The notes beneath the pieces were generated by a model, which saw nothing but the letters and a program-made list of their open reading frames with translations, ran no database searches and had not been told where the DNA came from. Both the position numbers and the translations under genes were made by a program. Shown one piece after another: positions 15,657-17,601 of a DNA stretch of 17,601 bases. The DNA comes from a virus (Duplodnaviria; Heunggongvirae; Uroviricota; Caudoviricetes), in IMG/VR virus record IMGVR_UViG_2695420739_000021, one strand, 5' to 3'. The number at the start of each line of letters is the position of its first letter. Position 1 is the first letter of the stretch.

Positions 15657-15863
15657 TTAAGCAGCCGTTCCGCGTGCTTCCTCTTCGCGTTCTTTCTGCC
15701 AGGACAACACATCATCCTCATACCATCCGCGACGGCGTAAACCAACGCGAAAACCCTGCGGAAATTCTCCGGCGTTGATCATGCTTTGCAGCGTGCTGTC
15801 TGCCTTGATGTGGATAATTTTTTTTACTTCCTGGCGAAAGATAATTTTTCTGATTGCTTCCAT
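15657..15863 (-). CDS. alpA: AlpA-family regulator (copy 2)
   Basis: Identical translation to 6881..7087. Confidence 0.75.
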   Translation of the reverse strand: MEAIRKIIFRQEVKKIIHIKADSTLQSMINAGEFPQGFRVGLRRRGWYEDDVLSWQKEREEEARGTAA

Positions 15864-16030
15864 CGTGATTTACCTTGTGAATCCGGTGTATTCCGGTGAC
15901 AAATACGGTAAATCATCGGATATGGGTAAAAACAGTTCCCACCGTTTTTAAACGGTATACACCGTTTTTTATATTGATGATTTGAAATGGAATTATAAAA
16001 AAAGCGGCATTTCTGCCGCTTCCAGGATTG

Positions 16031-16282
16031 TTACCGCCATTTTTTGGGCCTGCCTCCGATCTTCATAGATGCCGGACGTACGACCTTATCAATACTTACC
16101 GCCAGATTTCTGGAAGCGCCACGGGATACCAGAAAATCTACTACCTGTTTTTTTGATGGGGCCGTCGTTCTGTCCTCCGGATCGTAGGTTGACCAAAATT
16201 CATGCTGAACCATCAGGGCCAGTTGCAGCCCGTCGCAATTGCATCTGATATTTTTTTGCATCTTAACGGTTTCATGTTTCAC
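16031..16282 (-). CDS. Hypothetical int-linked small protein, 83 aa (copy 2)
   Basis: Identical translation to 7255..7506. Confidence 0.4.
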   Translation of the reverse strand: MKHETVKMQKNIRCNCDGLQLALMVQHEFWSTYDPEDRTTAPSKKQVVDFLVSRGASRNLAVSIDKVVRPASMKIGGRPKKWR

Positions 16283-16359
16283 GGCCTTGTCGTTAAATTT
16301 GATGCAATTATACGACGGTTTTACATGGTTTTCGTAGTTTTTACTGGTTTTCTGTACAG

Positions 16360-17601
16360 CTACACGGCTCGGATACCCCTTTTACCACTGGCGAGGGTTA
16401 CGCCCGTCGCCGCAGCCTCGACAAATTCGCCCCACCAGCGCATCAGCACGATGCGTTTTTCTATGTAGTTGCTCCGGTTGTATGCCCGTCTAACTTCGTT
16501 GGTGTCGACGTGGGCAAGTGCCGCCTCTATTACGTCCGGCTCGAATCCTTCCTCGTTCGCTGCTGTGCTGAATATGGCGCGTAATCCATGAGACACCAGC
16601 ACGCCAGCGAATCCCATACGCCGCAATGCTGCGTTAGCTGTCTGGCTGTTCATCGGCTGCTGTGGGTCTTTCAGACTTGGGAAAACGTAATTGCGGTGGT
16701 GGCTGATTGGTTTCATGGCCTCCAGCACCGCCATAGCCTGACCGGAAAGCGGGATAACGTGATCCCTGCGCATCTTCATGCGTCCGGCAGGTATCGTCCA
16801 TTGCTTCGCGTCCAGGTTGATTTCATCCCACCGCGTTGATGACGCTTCGGCGGGACGGGTTACGGTCAGTAACTGCCATTCAATCAGTAATCTGGTCTGC
16901 CGTTCTGTTGCCGATACTGATAAAGCCTGCATAAGCTCGGGCAGCTGTTCGGGGCGGATTGTTGGCATATGTTTTTTTACAGGTGAGGGAAACGCCTTAC
17001 GCACATTCATAGCCGGATTGGCATCAATCAGCCCACTGTTGGCGGCGTAATCCATTACCTCATTAACGCGCTGTAAAACCCGCTTGAGTGTTTCCAGGTT
17101 GCCGCGCTCCTTGATGGGGGTAAGCACTTCAACGAACCTTCGGGCGGTGAGGGTATCTATTGGCGTGTTGCCGATGAACGGGAATACATATTTATCCAGC
17201 GAACGCCAGATGTCTTTAATCGTGTTGGGGGCCAGATTCTGGCTGATTTTCACCTGGTACCATGCCGCCGCCACATTTTCGAACGTGTTCCCTTGTCTTC
17301 GGGCCTCTGTCTCTCTTTTTTGCCTCTCGTGGTCCTGCGGGTCAGTTCCGGCACTGATTAACGTCCTGTACTCGCTACGGCGTTTTCTGGCATCAGCCAG
17401 GGAAACATCTTCAAGCGATCCAAAACTCAGCAATATTCTTTTTTTGTCCGATGGTCGGTAGTAGGAAAATCTCCAGAGTTTTGATCCAGACGGTTTGACC
17501 AGGAGAAAAAGCCCTCCGCCGTCCTGCAGGGTGTACTCCTTTTGCGCTGGTCTGGCTGCTTTGATCTGCACTGTGGTTAATGGGTGTGTTTTTCTCGCCA
17601 T
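16360..17601 (-). CDS. int: Tyrosine integrase, P4-type (copy 2); start codon is the last 3 nt of the window
   Basis: Identical translation to 7584..8825. Confidence 0.85.
   Translation of the reverse strand: MARKTHPLTTVQIKAARPAQKEYTLQDGGGLFLLVKPSGSKLWRFSYYRPSDKKRILLSFGSLEDVSLADARKRRSEYRTLISAGTDPQDHERQKRETEARRQGNTFENVAAAWYQVKISQNLAPNTIKDIWRSLDKYVFPFIGNTPIDTLTARRFVEVLTPIKERGNLETLKRVLQRVNEVMDYAANSGLIDANPAMNVRKAFPSPVKKHMPTIRPEQLPELMQALSVSATERQTRLLIEWQLLTVTRPAEASSTRWDEINLDAKQWTIPAGRMKMRRDHVIPLSGQAMAVLEAMKPISHHRNYVFPSLKDPQQPMNSQTANAALRRMGFAGVLVSHGLRAIFSTAANEEGFEPDVIEAALAHVDTNEVRRAYNRSNYIEKRIVLMRWWGEFVEAAATGVTLASGKRGIRAV

Larger units (their letters stand above)
9051..17601 (-). mobile_element. 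Copy 2 of the same element (intact rep); truncated by window end at the int start codon
   Basis: Offset +8709 up to the rep indel and +8776 after it (4672..4971 = 13448..13747). Identical translations for capsid-like, TerS, AlpA and integrase ORFs. Confidence 0.75.

Noticed and set aside
342-17601. Tandem duplication as pure assembly artefact
   Set aside because: The copies differ by a localised 67-bp indel and a cluster of substitutions, which is hard to produce by mis-assembling one copy. Cannot be excluded without reads, so it is reported as a finding with this caveat.

Overview
The window is a short host-like flank (1-341) followed by two head-to-tail copies of an ~8.7 kb integrative phage-satellite-like element (PICI / P4-like), at about 342-9050 and 9051-17601. 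The second copy is cut by the window end exactly at the integrase start codon, so attR and the host target are not visible. Each copy encodes, almost entirely on the minus strand: an HK97-fold capsid-like protein, a small terminase subunit, an iteron-type replication origin, an AAA_25/RepA-like replication ATPase, three small acidic paralogs, Icd-like proteins, an AlpA-family regulator and a P4-type tyrosine integrase. A small plus-strand ribbon-helix-helix gene sits behind paired palindromic operators. The copies are near-identical except for a ~330 bp divergent patch and a 67 bp frameshifting deletion that splits the replication gene in copy 1; copy 2 carries the intact 466-aa gene. The junction between copies has the architecture of a complete attP. 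No tRNA, rRNA or CRISPR array was found. All calls are from reading the sequence and ORF track by eye; no database search was run, so family assignments rest on remembered motifs.
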